The notes: generated from the letters alone by a model not told the origin. A stretch of DNA of 64,000 nucleotides from an uncultured Gemmatimonadales bacterium (GCA_963825815.1 CAWGVB010000030.1:10287-74286), one strand, 5' to 3'. Shown: positions 19,275 to 30,032, counted from the stretch's first letter. Numbers and translations: made by a program.

Positions 19275-20675
19275 TCAGTGTGACAATGTGGCAACCCTCC
19301 ACACGCTGATCGATCCCCCGCGATAAGGCTGGTGAAAGACGGCGCCGACGGTGTCACTCGGCGACCGAGTGGAACGAATCAGAAGACCGGTGGGATGATC
19401 CCGAGCCCATTGGGGAAGCTGCGCCCAACTCAGCTGGGCAATCGGGCGCTCCAGCCGACCCAGGAAGTGGAACGTACCGGAATACTGCCCCTTGAATGCG
19501 ATCGGCCGGCCGGAGGCCTCAGCCTGATGGAGATAGCTCGACACCGGCCGAAGATCGGAGCGGTCGAGATATCCCTTACCGGCAGTCTCCACCAGAATCA
19601 CCAGCAGCGGGCTCACCAGACTCAGCGCGATCACTGTCTGTCGCCGGTCTGACGGCAGCGCCTTCGCCGCGAGCAGCGCGACACCCGGCAACAGCGGAAA
19701 CAGGTAGTGCGGCTGCTTTCCGCTGATCAGCGACAGAATGACAAATCCGGGAACGACCCAGGCCAGCGCGAACCGAATGACGACACTCTCCCGCGCGCGA
19801 ACCGCACCTGCCAGCGAGCGCCACCAGGGAAGCCAGAGGCTCCAGGGAAGCAGCACGAGCGGAAACGCCGCGATGTACCACCACCAAGGGTGGCGGTGGG
19901 CAAACGACTTGGTGACCCGGCCCGCTGTCTGGCCCCATAGTATGGCGTCGCGATAGGCTCCGCCCTGGTGGGCCGAGGCGGTGAGAGCCCAGGCGAGACC
20001 TAACGCGGCGCCGAGTGCGAGCGCCGCGACCAGTCCGAGATACCAACTACTCCAGCGACGCGGTGAGGCATCCCGAGTCCACCACGGCGCCAGCACCGCC
20101 GCGGGGAGCACGTGGATAAGGACTACCGGACCCTTCGCCAGAAGACCGAGTCCCAGTCCGGCGCCGTATGCCATCCATCCCCTGAGTGCCCGTCCCCGCC
20201 AGACCTCCACCAGGCCGAGCAGCGCCAGCAGCACGCAGGCGGTGAGCAGGGTGTCGAACAGTACCAGCGTCGAGTAGGTCACCCAGAGCAGCCCACTCAG
20301 GAACGGGAGCGTTCGATCCGCCGCGTCGGGCAGCTCCGGCTCGAGCCTGCGCGTCAGTCTCACCAGCAGCAGCGCGCTGACCACAGCAAAAATTGGTTGC
20401 AGCAGGCGAGGCCACCACTGATTCACTCCGAAGAGGCGCCAGCCGAGCAGCATGCCCCAGAAGAGAAGCGGCGGCTTGTCGGGATAGGGATTGCCGTTGA
20501 GGTAGGGGACCAGCCAGTCGTGGCGAAGCCACATCTCCCACGCCACCGACAGGTAGCGGGTTTCGTCGATCGCGAGTAACGGGCGCAGCGCGAGAGCCAG
20601 AGCAACCGCCAGGCCCCAGAGAATCAACCAGCTCCAACCGCTCAGGAATTTCGGTAGCCGGTCAGGCCTCGGCAC
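19275..20675 (-). CDS. ArnT-like GT-C membrane glycosyltransferase (GT83/GT39-type, polyprenyl-phosphate-sugar dependent)
   Basis: Intact 466-aa ORF. The sequence AIDETRYLSVAWEMWLRHDWLVPYLNGNPYPDKPPLLFW is the classic ArnT/PMT first-loop motif. Many TM helices follow. Confidence 0.8.
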   Translation of the reverse strand: MPRPDRLPKFLSGWSWLILWGLAVALALALRPLLAIDETRYLSVAWEMWLRHDWLVPYLNGNPYPDKPPLLFWGMLLGWRLFGVNQWWPRLLQPIFAVVSALLLVRLTRRLEPELPDAADRTLPFLSGLLWVTYSTLVLFDTLLTACVLLALLGLVEVWRGRALRGWMAYGAGLGLGLLAKGPVVLIHVLPAAVLAPWWTRDASPRRWSSWYLGLVAALALGAALGLAWALTASAHQGGAYRDAILWGQTAGRVTKSFAHRHPWWWYIAAFPLVLLPWSLWLPWWRSLAGAVRARESVVIRFALAWVVPGFVILSLISGKQPHYLFPLLPGVALLAAKALPSDRRQTVIALSLVSPLLVILVETAGKGYLDRSDLRPVSSYLHQAEASGRPIAFKGQYSGTFHFLGRLERPIAQLSWAQLPQWARDHPTGLLIRSTRSPSDTVGAVFHQPYRGGSISVWRVATLSH

Positions 20676-20934
20676 GACGGGGCCGGTGGATCAGCTGCAG
20701 GTTGCGCAGATACACCACGAAGCCGCTGAGCTGGCCCACGAAGAACACCGGGTCATGCCGGTGAATGGCATAGAACAGAAGCAGGAGCGAGCCGCCGAGG
20801 CTGAAGTACCAGAACTCGACCGGCACCACACTCGCGCCGACCCGCTCGCTGCGCCACCACTGGAACAGGAAGCGCATGGCGAACAGGGCCTGGCCGAGGA
20901 AGCCGAGCGCAAGCCAGAGCTGGTCATGTGTCAT
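20662..20934 (-). CDS. Small membrane protein with lipid-A-biosynthesis N-terminal (LAB_N) domain
   Basis: MTHDQLWLALGFLGQALFAMRFLFQWWRSERVGASVVPVEFWYFSLGGSLLLLFYAIHRHDPVFFVGQLSGFVVYLRNLQLI. The ATG at 20934 overlaps the upstream GT2 stop by 11 nt. Confidence 0.6.
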   Translation of the reverse strand: MTHDQLWLALGFLGQALFAMRFLFQWWRSERVGASVVPVEFWYFSLGGSLLLLFYAIHRHDPVFFVGQLSGFVVYLRNLQLIHRPRRAEA

Positions 20935-21688
20935 CGGAATTCTCCGCGATTGCCGGCCGAATCTGCCGGCGCATGAGCCACCACACCCCGGGCAGGTCGA
21001 GCAGGCCGACCCAGAGCCGGTCGAACACCCCGTAATGGGAGCGGCCGGAGCCACGAGGCCGGTGATTGACCGGAACCGAGGCGACCCCCCACCCGCTCCT
21101 GAGGAACAGGGCGGGAAGATAGCGATGCATGTGATCGAAGTGCGGCACCGACATGAAAGCGGACCGCTCGAACAGTTTGAGGCCGCAGCCGGTGTCCGGA
21201 GTTCCGTCGCCCAGCACCCGGCTCCGAACGGCATTGGCGATCCGGCCCGCCATCCGCTTGTCCCAGCGGTCTCGGCGTTGGCGGCGGTTGCCGATGATCA
21301 GGCGGAGGGGAGGACCGGCGGAGGGGCGGAGCGGGCGGAGGGGCGGACGGAGGTTCCGCACCATGTCCAACATGGGGAGGATGTCGGCGGGGTCGTTCTG
21401 GCCGTCGCCGTCGAGGGTGGCGATCCAGGGAGCGCGGGCCGCACGCACTCCGCTCGCGATCGCGGCGCTCTGGCCCGTCCGCTTCCCCTGCCGGACCACT
21501 TTGATCCGCGGCTCCTCTCCCGCCAGCCGCGCCAGACCTTCGGCGCTGCCGTCGTCGCTACCGTCGTCGACGTAGACGATCTCGTAGTCCACCCTGCCCT
21601 CGAGCGCGCGGCGGATCTCGCCGGTGAGCCGGCTCAGGTTGTCGGCCTCGTTGTGCACCGGAACTACGACGGACAGCTCGGGGGGCAT
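20924..21688 (-). CDS. GT2 polyprenyl-phosphate glycosyltransferase (ArnC/DPM-synthase-like)
   Basis: Intact 254-aa ORF: LSVVVPVHNEADNLSRLTGEI...YEIVYVDDGSDDGS...QSAAIASGVRAARAPWIATLDGDGQNDPADI...RDRWDKRMAGRIAN. Confidence 0.8.
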   Translation of the reverse strand: MPPELSVVVPVHNEADNLSRLTGEIRRALEGRVDYEIVYVDDGSDDGSAEGLARLAGEEPRIKVVRQGKRTGQSAAIASGVRAARAPWIATLDGDGQNDPADILPMLDMVRNLRPPLRPLRPSAGPPLRLIIGNRRQRRDRWDKRMAGRIANAVRSRVLGDGTPDTGCGLKLFERSAFMSVPHFDHMHRYLPALFLRSGWGVASVPVNHRPRGSGRSHYGVFDRLWVGLLDLPGVWWLMRRQIRPAIAENSDDT

Positions 21689-21692
21689 AGTG

Positions 21693-21730
21693 CTGAGTCT
21701 AGGGTCTAAACGTCTGGAGTCTAGACTCTA
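21693..21730. repeat. Heptad-periodic GTCT/GAGTC repeat with 12-nt palindrome GAGTCTAGACTC (21717-21728)
   Basis: gtgctGAGTCTAGGGTCTAAACGTCTGGAGTCTAGACTCTAcgg, between the asmA stop and the GT2 start. It shares the exact 13-mer GTCTAGGGTCTAA (21697-21709) with 60272-60284. Confidence 0.6.
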
Positions 21731-24451
21731 CGGTTTGGCGGTGGCTTGCCTCCGGGCGGCGGCGACCAGGCTGTCGGCCCGCTTGCTCGCCTCGCCCACG
21801 ATGCCCGCGGCCTTGGTGTCGGTCTCCTGCCGCAGCTTGTCGGCCGCGACCTTGGCCCCGGCCTGCAGCAGCGGATTGTCGCCCGCCCTCCCCATCAGCG
21901 AGTCGGCCTGCTGATAGCCGGTCTGCTTCACCTGCGCGGCCAGCGACTCCGCCTTGCTGCCGGATGGCCGCCGCCTGCTTCTCCGCCTCCGCCACCGCCC
22001 GAAGCGCCACCGAGTCCACCTTCTGGGTGACGGCCTGGGTCACCGCCTGCTGCGCGCCCGACGCCACCGTCGAGGTGACGCTGCCGAGGCCGACCTTGAC
22101 GATGGGGTCGGTGATCTTGCCGGTGAGCCCGATGTTGAGCGGTACCTCGGACGCCGCCCCGAGATTGAAGCCCGCCTTCGACGCCAGCCCCGCGATCGCC
22201 TGATCGGCACCGCCTACCAGCGACTTCGGCAGCCTCAGCCCCAGAGTGTAGTCCATGGTCTGGTCGATGCCGTTGGAGCCGGCCACGCTCATGCTGGTGC
22301 CGGCCAGCTTCACGGTGAACGGCTGGGTGACCAGGCGGCCCGTCCTTGATCTGAAATCCGGTCTTGATCGCCTGCATGGTGGGGTTGTTGAGGATCTGGA
22401 GCTTGGTGACGTCCACCAGCTTCTCCATCCCGGGGAAATTTCGCAGGGCGACATTTTGGCTCTGAAGGATTCCTTTGCCGGTGAGGGCGCTGAACAGCGG
22501 CATCATGTTCTTGCCCAGGGCGCCGCTCAGGTTGATATCGGTGTTCACCGTGCCCGAGGCGTACTTGGCCACCGGGGCGAACATCTGCACCGTGGTGAAG
22601 GCCTGGAAGGCGGAGGGGATGTCGATCTTGACCATCTTGAGGCCGACATCGAACGCCGGCTTGGCCAGGATCTTGGTGTCGTACGACCCGTTCAGGACGA
22701 TCTGCCCGCCCAGCGTGTTCATCCGGAAGTCCTGCAGCGTCGCCCGCTGGTCCTTGATCCGGAGCTTTCCGGTCGCGCCGGTCATCTTGAGCTTGTCGTA
22801 GGTCAGCTCTTTCACCGTCGCGTTGAGCCCGAAGTCGATCTTGGGCGGCACCGGGATGATCTGCAGGTCGCCCTCGCCCGAGCGCCACTCGTCCAGATCG
22901 AAGTGGTTGCTCTGGACCGTCGCGCTGCCCTTGAGGGTGTCGTCCCGGAAGGCGTAGGAGATCAGGTTGTCGATCGAGCCGGTCGCCCGGAGATCGCTGC
23001 TGCCGACCGTGCCGGTGAACTGGGTGAGCTGGGCCCGTTCGGGGCGCGAGCTGTGAGTGACGCCTGCTGGATCGCGCAGGGGATGCGGGCAGCGCCTTCG
23101 CCGCTTCAGCGTGAGATCGGTCGACGTCCATCGTGCCGCTGGCCGCGACCCGGTCGTACTGCTGCTTGTCGATCGCCGACATCCGGGTCTTCACCGCCGC
23201 GTCTGCGGCGATGGTGCCGGTGAGCTGGTCCACCTTGTCCAGCTTGACCGTGCGGCGCACGTCGGCCAGGTCCACCTTGCCCTTCATCCTGAGATCCACG
23301 TTGGGATCGGACACCGGCGTCCGCACCACCAGCGACGCGTCCACCGGGTTCGCGCCCATCCGCAGGTGGAAGCGGTCTCAGGTTGACCACCGTGCTGTCG
23401 GCGCTGCCGCCGGGATTGGTGAGCGCCAGGTCCATCACGATGTCGCGCGCCGGGCAGCGGGAGATCGGGATACTGGAACGCGGCGTTGTCGACCTTGGCG
23501 TTGAGGCGAACGCCGGGGAAGGCGCTGTCGCCGTACTCACCCTTGATCCGGCCGTCCAGGGTGAAGCCGCCCGAGGTCTTCACCTTGTCGAAGTCGTGGG
23601 CGTAGACCGCCGGCACCAGCGACAGGATGCTGAGGAACTTGGTGCTGGGCGCCTTGAAGGCGAGATCGAGCCCGAGGAGCTTGCCGGTCGAGCGGGCTGA
23701 GCCGGTGACGCCGAGCTTGAGGTCGTTGAGACTGAGGTCGGTGGTCTTGAGGGTGTAGACCTTGTTGGCCAGATCGGCGGCGACGTCGGCGTCGAGACCC
23801 AGCCGAACCCGGTTGAGATAGGGGATGCCGGCAAAGCTCACGCTCACGGTATCGGCGTCGGCCTTGGTCTTGACTGCGACCTGCTTCTGGCTGAAGTCGC
23901 CGCTGAGCGACTGGTCGTAGCCCTTGAGGGTCGCCTTGAGCCTGGCTCGGCGGTTGTCGAAGGCAATGTCGCCATTCTTGATCTCGAACCGCCGCAGGCT
24001 CAAGTCCATCGGCTTCGACGACTGGCGACTGGCGTCTGCCGTCTGCCGACTGATATCCCAATTGGCGGTTCCGTCCTCCAGCGCGATCAGGTTGAGCCTC
24101 GGCTGATCCAGCTCGACTCCCCGCACCACGATCGGCTTGCCGCTCAGGGCATAGCTCACCACGCTGGGAAGGCTCAGCACCACCCCGAGGTGGCGAACGG
24201 CGGCCAGGGTGTCGCCCTGGAAGCGGTCCGGCGTTGGCGACGGTGAGGTCGTCCAGCCGCAGGGTCAGGTTGGGGAAGTGGCGGAAGAAGCTGAGCCCGG
24301 CGTCGCGCCAGTCGACCCTGGCGTTGACGTTCCGGTTGGCCGCCTCCTTGGCCTTGGCGGCGATCTGGTTCTTGAAGAGGAGGGGGAGAACCAGGAGCAG
24401 GACCAGCAGGAGTGCGAACAGGCCGCCCAGGAGGACGAGGATCCGTTTCAT
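21728..24451 (-). pseudogene. AsmA-family outer-membrane biogenesis protein; about 7 frame changes
   Basis: ORFs 23537..24487, 23284..24183, 22310..23359, 21928..22851, 21699..22454 and 21728..21931. Sequence: MKRILVLLGGLFALLLVLLLVLPLLFKNQIAAKAKEAANRNVNARVDWRDAGLSFFRHFPNLTLRLDDLTV...IVVRGVELDQPRLNLIALEDGTANWDI...LSLRRFEIKNGDIAFDN...LKMTGATGKLRIKDQRATLQDFRMNTLGGQIVLNGSYD. N-terminal anchor plus a long beta-rich body. Confidence 0.75.
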
Positions 24452-24560
24452 ACCTTTTAGGCTCTCCGGGCAGGAGCCCGGAGTCAAGCTTCCGGTCGGT
24501 CAACTAGAGCGATCGCCTCGCTGGCGCGTTAGGGTTCGCAGCACCAGATTCTGAATCGCC

Positions 24561-25430
24561 ATGACCACACCCACCCTCGCGGGCCCGCAGCGCAAGCCCT
24601 ACGACGAGGAGATCGATGTCTACGGTCTCACCCATGCGGGAAAGGTCCGGAAGGAGAATCAGGACCACTTCCTCATCTGTGCCCTGAAGAAGCAGCTGGT
24701 GGTCCGCCAGACCAGCCTTCCCGAGCTCCGCAGCATTTCGCCGGAGCCTGAGCGGCTCGCCTTTTTAATGATGGTGGCCGACGGGGTCGGCGGCGGGGTC
24801 AAAGGCGAAGCGGCGAGCCGGACGGCGGTCGAGGCGGTAACTCAGTACTTCGAGCACACCATGCGCTGCTACTATGCCGCCCGGGTGGACGATCGAGAGT
24901 TCTATGAGGCACTCAAGGAAGGGGCATTCCTGACCCATGTGGAGCTGTTGCGGCGGGGCGAGATCGACCCCGCATACCGCGGCATGGCCACGACGCTCAC
25001 GCTCTATCTCGGCGTGTGGCCCCGGGCCTACCTGCTCCAGGTGGGAGACAGCCGCTGCTACCTTCTGGAAAACGGAGAGTTGTCCCAGATCACCCGCGAC
25101 CAGACGATGGCGCAGGAGCTGATCGATCTCGGTGCAATGTCTCAGGGCGATGCGGCCAACACCCGGCTGGCCCACACCCTTTCGAGCTCGATCGGTGGAC
25201 GCCAGACGGCGCCGGTGGTCACCCGGCTCGATGCCAAGTGGGGCAACGTCGTCCTGCTCTGCAGCGATGGACTCACCAACCACGTCTCCGACGAGCGCAT
25301 CCGCGACCGGCTCCGCTCCATGACCTCGGCGCAACAGGTGTGTGAGGATCTGTTGGAGGAGGCACTGGCCGGGGGCGGGACAGACAACATCACGCTGATC
25401 GTTGCGAGGGCCGTGGCGCGGGAGAGCTAG
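24561..25430 (+). CDS. PP2C-family Ser/Thr protein phosphatase
   Basis: Intact 289-aa ORF: YGLTHAGKVRKENQDHF...MVADGVGGGVKGEAASR...TTLTLYLGVWPRAYLLQVGDSRCYLL...VLLCSDGLTNHVSD...GGTDNITLIV. Confidence 0.85.
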   Translation: MTTPTLAGPQRKPYDEEIDVYGLTHAGKVRKENQDHFLICALKKQLVVRQTSLPELRSISPEPERLAFLMMVADGVGGGVKGEAASRTAVEAVTQYFEHTMRCYYAARVDDREFYEALKEGAFLTHVELLRRGEIDPAYRGMATTLTLYLGVWPRAYLLQVGDSRCYLLENGELSQITRDQTMAQELIDLGAMSQGDAANTRLAHTLSSSIGGRQTAPVVTRLDAKWGNVVLLCSDGLTNHVSDERIRDRLRSMTSAQQVCEDLLEEALAGGGTDNITLIVARAVARES

Positions 25431-25501
25431 GGCTAGGACAATTTAAGCTTCCTTTATCCACCCCCTACGCCCACATTCCGTCGTCCCTAACCCCGTCCAT
25501 C

Positions 25502-28174
25502 GTGACCGCTGGCAGCTCACCCGTCGCGGATGCCCTGCGTGATCGCTACCTGCTCGAGCGCGAGCTGGGGAGCGGCGGCATGGCCATCGTGTACCTGGCC
25601 GAGGACGTGAAGCACCGGCGCAAAGTCGCCGTGAAGGTGCTGCGCGGCGAGCTGGCGGCGACCATGGGTCCGGAGCGCTTCCTCCGGGAGATCGAGGTCG
25701 CGGCCCGGCTGCAGCATCCGCACATCCTGCCGCTGCACGACTCGGGCGAGGCCCAGGGCTTTCTCTACTACGTGATGCCCTCCGTCGACGGGCACAATCT
25801 CCGTCACCGGATCAGCCGCCAGGGCGAGCTGCCGATCCACGAGGCCGTGAAGATCCTGATCGAGGTGACCGACGCGCTGGCCTACGCCCACGCCCAGAAC
25901 GTGGTGCACCGCGACATCAAGCCGGAGAACATTCTGCTCTCGGGCCGGCACGCGCTGGTCACCGACTTCGGCGTCGCCAAGGCGGTGAGCGAGGCCACCG
26001 GGCGCCAGGCAGCTCACCACCGCCGGCGTCGCGCTCGGCACGCCGGCCTACATGGCGCCGGAACAGGCGGCGGGCGAGCCCAACATCGACCAGCGGGTGG
26101 ACATCTACGCCCTCGGGGTGCTGGGCTACGAGCTGATCACGGGGCGGACTCCGTTCAGCGGACGCACCTCCCAGGAGGTGCTCGCGGCGCACGTCACCCA
26201 GCCGCCGGTTCCGCTCGGCCAGCATCGCCCCGCCTGCCCGGCCGAGCTCGAGGCCGTGATCATGAAGTGCCTGGCGAAGCGGCCGGCCGACCGGTGGCAG
26301 ACGGCCGACGAGCTGCTGGCTCAGCTCGAGCCGCTGGCGCACGCCGAGCGGGGGAACGACGCCGACGACGACTCGGCCGATGAAGTCGGTGAGCACCAGC
26401 CCCGGTCGCTTCCGGTTCCAAGCCGCTGGCTCGTCGTCGCGGCGCTGCTCCTCGTCGTCGTCGGGATCGCTGCTCTTCGCCTTGAACCATCGCTCGCGAG
26501 AGATCCGGCTGGGCCGGCGGCTGCAGCTCACGCTGGCCACCGGGACTGGAGCTGGATCCCGCGCTCTCTTCCGACGGAAGCTGGTGGCGTTCGTCACCGG
26601 TCCGCTGGTCCGAACCCGGCTCTACGTGCGGCAGGTGGAGGGGGCGGCAATCCGGTGGCGATCACGCCGGAGGGCCAGGGCTTCGCCCGGATGCCGCGGT
26701 GGTCGCCCGACGGCCAGCGGCTGGTCTTCAGCTCCGACCGGGGGATCGAGCTGATTCCGGCACTGGGCGGGACACCTCGCCTGCTGGTGCCGCTGCCGGC
26801 CGGTGGCTGGCTGGATGCGGCCTGGTCGCCCGACGGAAAGTCGATCGTCTACGCCTCGGGCGACTCGGTGCTGGTGCGAGCGGTGGACGGCAGCACGAGT
26901 CCGAGGCCTGGCCCGGCTGACCGAGGCGCACTCCTGCAGCTGGTCGCCCGACGGGCGCTGGATCGCCTGCGTCTCGGGCAACCGCCAGTTCGTGCGCAAC
27001 GAGGACTTCGGCAACATCGCCACCAGCAGCATCTGGGTGATCCCATCCGCGGGCGGGAGCGCCGGTCAGGGTGACCGACGACGAGTGGCTCAACACCAGC
27101 CCCGCCTGGCTCCCCGGCGGATCTTCCCTGCTCTACGTCTCGAACCGGGAAGGCGGACGCGACCTGTATCAGGTCGAGCTCGGCCGTTCGGGACGGCCGG
27201 CGCACGAGGCGGTCCGGCTCAGCACCGGCCTCAACGCCGCGACGGTGAGCGTAGCGGCCGACGGGGAACCGGCTGGCCTACGCGACCTTCTCCCGGATCG
27301 CGAACGTCTGGTCGATGCCGATTCCCCGCTCCGGTACCGTGAGCCTGAGCCGGGCGCAGCCGGTGACGACCGGCAGCCAGGAGATCGAGGGGTTCGATCC
27401 ATCGCCCGACGGCGGTGGCTGGCGTTCGATTCCAATCGGGGCGGGGTCCAGCAGATCTATCGGATGCCGATGCCGGGTGGCGACGTGGAGCAGCTGACCA
27501 GCGGCGACTCGCCGTCTCTCGCGCCCGCATTCTCGTTCGATGGCCGGGAAGTGGTGTTTCACAGCTTTCGGGACGGTGTGCGCCAGATCTTCGTGATGCC
27601 GGTGGAAGGTGGCACGCCGGTCCAGGTCACGGCGGAAAAGACCCACTCCAGGATCGCCAACTGGTCACCCGATGGGCGCTCGATCGTATTACGTGAGGAA
27701 CGCGCTCTCGCCCGAACAGGAGACCGCGATCGTGAGCCGGGACGCAGAGTGGACGCTGGGGCGCCCCGCGAACACTGCTCAAGGGAGGTGCCGCCGGGAT
27801 CTGGAGTCCCGACGGGACCAAGATCGCGACCCAGATGCCGATCGACCGGGGGAAGTTCGCGGTGGCAGTGGTGCCGGCTCGAGGCGGAACACCCAGGGTA
27901 TTGGGCACGCCGCAGGATCAAGCGGACGGAGGAACTCGGCTGGGCGTTCTCTCGCGACAGCAAGTTCGTCTACTACATCCCGAATAAATCCGCCGGTGAG
28001 AGGGCGGGATCTGGCGGGTCCCGGTGGATGGAGGCCCATCCCAGCCGGTGGCGTGGTACGACGGGGGTCCGGGCGGCCTCAGCCGTTCGACGTGTGAGAG
28101 TGCGAGGAGACCGGCTTTACATCAACATCGGTGATCCGCAGAGCGATGTGTGGGTGACGGAGATAGTGAAGTAG
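25502..28174 (+). pseudogene. Ser/Thr protein kinase with TM segment and C-terminal TolB-like beta-propeller; about 7 frame changes
   Basis: ORFs 25502..26383, 26052..27074, 26803..27342 and 27071..28174. Sequence: YLLERELGSGGMAIVYLAEDVKHRRKVAVKVL...HRDIKPENILL...VTDFGVAKA...GTPAYMAPEQ, then TM WLVVAALLLVVVGIAAL, then repeated WSPDG motifs (PRWSPDGQRLVFSS, AAWSPDGKSIVYAS, CSWSPDGRWIAC, IANWSPDGRSIV). Confidence 0.85.
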
Positions 28175-28178
28175 TCCC

Positions 28179-28213
28179 CAGTCCGCAGACGCCAGACGCC
28201 AGACGTCAGCCTG
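28179..28213. repeat. Heptanucleotide tandem array CAGTCCG-CAGACGC-CAGACGC-CAGACGT-CAGCCTG
   Basis: Seen directly, immediately after the kinase stop (28172-28174). Confidence 0.6.
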
Positions 28214-28223
28214 AGTGAAAAGA

Positions 28224-28241
28224 GGGGGCCCTGAGGCCCCC
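28224..28241 (-). terminator. Intrinsic terminator hairpin for the Kelch gene (possibly bidirectional)
   Basis: GGGGGCC-ctga-GGCCCCC. On the minus strand it is followed by TCTTTTCAC. It lies between convergent stops (28174 and 28266). Confidence 0.6.
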
Positions 28242-28265
28242 GCTTCGTTCCCACTTCAGAAATCC

Positions 28266-29296
28266 TCACGGTTGATACGACAGGTTGTTGCCCGGCGCAG
28301 GACCACCCACCACTTCGATCCGTGACACGCCGTTGAGCACCACTCGGCTCGCACTGATATCGACTCGAGCGGTGGGCAGAGGCGCTCCCGTGGTCCATTG
28401 CTTGGTGGCAGGATTGTAGATGTTCGTGGCGCGGACCGGCGTCGCTTCCGTCGGCATCAGTCATAGCCGCCGATCAGATACAGCTTCGCGTTGTACGCCA
28501 GTCCGGCCATGTAGGTACGGCCACTGCCAAACGGCGACTCCGAGCTCCATTGATTGGTTGCCGGATTGTACACGTCGACCTGCTTGGGATCGCCGATCCC
28601 GATGCCCCCGGTCACATATAACTTCCCGCCGATGAACCCGGCTGCGCCGTGCTCGTGATCGTTGGGCGGAGTGGGCAGCGTGGCCCAGGTGTCGGTGACA
28701 GGGTCGTAACGATAGAAGCGAGGGATGTCGTTGCTCGGGTTGCAGCCCTCACCCTGACAGTCGGTCACCACGTACAGCTTGTTATTGGACACCGCACTCA
28801 TCCCGCCGGAGGTTTCCTCTGGCATGTCGTGCTTTCGGGTCCATCGGTTGGTGGCCGGATCGAACATGAAGAGGGCATTCGTCCAAGTGTTTTCACCGAC
28901 CTTCCCGCCAGAGACGTAGACCTTGCCGTTAATCGTTGCCCCACCGTTGGTCTCAAACAACGGCAGCGGTAGGTTCGGGTGATAAGTCCAGGTATTGCTG
29001 GCGACGTGATAGGCCTGAACCCTGCTCAGGCTGGCACCGGACGCCGTCTTGCCGCCGATGACGTACATGACATACTGTCCGCCTTGGTTGACGGCTGCCG
29101 TAGCGACAGAACTGCGGGTTCCGCCCGGCATGTCGCGTCGGGCTACCCACCCGGTCGCCGCTGCGGCGAGCTCGGGAGTGTCACTCGCCTCGGAGACCGC
29201 TTCCGGACCCATGGGCGTGCTATCGTCAGGCTGGCAGCCGAAAGCGGCGGCCAGAAAAGCCGTGGTAAGCAAATATGGTAGTCTGGACTGCTGCAT
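28266..29296 (-). CDS. Kelch-repeat beta-propeller lipoprotein; one frame change at 28455-28459
   Basis: ORFs 28457..29335 and 28266..28457. Sequence: MQQSRLPYLLTTAFLAAAFGCQPDD (lipobox), then repeats such as YVIGGKTASGASLSRVQAYHVASNTW, KVYVSGGK...LFMFDPATNRW, LYVTGGIG...VDVYNPATNQW, LYLIGGYD...IYNPATKQW. Confidence 0.7.
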
Positions 29297-29490
29297 TATC
29301 TCTATCCTCCATAGCTGGAACAGGTTAATACCCAACTGGCCTTCCCGAATCGGAAGGCTTGACGGGAACCTGCCCCGAGCACCTCAAGTGACAGTCAAGA
29401 TCTTACAGCTTAGTACTTGCGGGATTTGTCCCGTGACGGGCATCACAGAGACAGCTGCGAGGGAAAAAAGCTGATTAGATGCTGCAGAGG

Positions 29491-29554
29491 GTGCTTCCCC
29501 GGGGCGGAGCGAAGGCGCGTAGTAGCTTCTGCTCCTTCGCTCGCTCTGGATGAC
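29491..29554. repeat. REP-like palindromic element (degenerate left arm)
   Basis: gtgcttccccggggCGGAGCGAAGGcg...GCTCCTTCGCTCGCTCTGGATGAC. The right arm is the complement of GTCATCCAGAGCGAGCGAAGGAGC. Confidence 0.5.
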
Positions 29555-29564
29555 AACCAGCGGA

Positions 29565-30032
29565 TTACTTCTGGGAGACCTTCTGGCTCCCCTTCTGGAA
29601 TAGCGCCGCGTACTGGCCGTAGCCCTCCGCCTCCAGCTTGTCCGCCGGGATGAACCGGAGCGCCGCCGAGTTCATGCAGTAGCGGAGACCGGTGGGCGCG
29701 GGACCGTCGTCGAACACGTGGCCCAGGTGGGAGTCGGCGTGCTTCGACCGCACCTCGGTCCGCTCGGCGAAGAGCTGGTGGTCGGTCTTGGTCTCGATGT
29801 TGGCCGGCTCCAGGGGACGGGTGAAGCTGGGCCAGCCGGTGCCCGAGTCGTACTTGTCGAGCGAGCTGAACAACGGCTCGCCGGAGACGACATCCACGTA
29901 GATCCCCGCCTCATGGTTGTCCCAGTAGGCATTGCCGAACGGACGCTCGGTGCCCTCGTGCTGGGTCACCTGGTACTGCTCCGGACTGAGCTTCTGCTTG
30001 AGCTCGGCGTCGCTGGGCTTCTTGAAGGTCAC
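29565..30032 (-). CDS. msrB: Peptide-methionine (R)-S-oxide reductase MsrB
   Basis: [74 protein letters not shown]...[27 protein letters not shown] at 30032 overlaps the msrA stop (GTGA). The ORF-track frame stays open upstream through the repeat. Confidence 0.85.
   Translation of the reverse strand: MTFKKPSDAELKQKLSPEQYQVTQHEGTERPFGNAYWDNHEAGIYVDVVSGEPLFSSLDKYDSGTGWPSFTRPLEPANIETKTDHQLFAERTEVRSKHADSHLGHVFDDGPAPTGLRYCMNSAALRFIPADKLEAEGYGQYAALFQKGSQKVSQK

Noticed and set aside
24464-24483. Hairpin CTCCGGGC-agga-GCCCGGAG upstream of asmA considered as a riboswitch or attenuator
   Set aside because: It is a single short stem in a divergent spacer, with no conserved flanking structure that I can recognise. 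It may affect the asmA 5' UTR, but there is no basis for a specific call.
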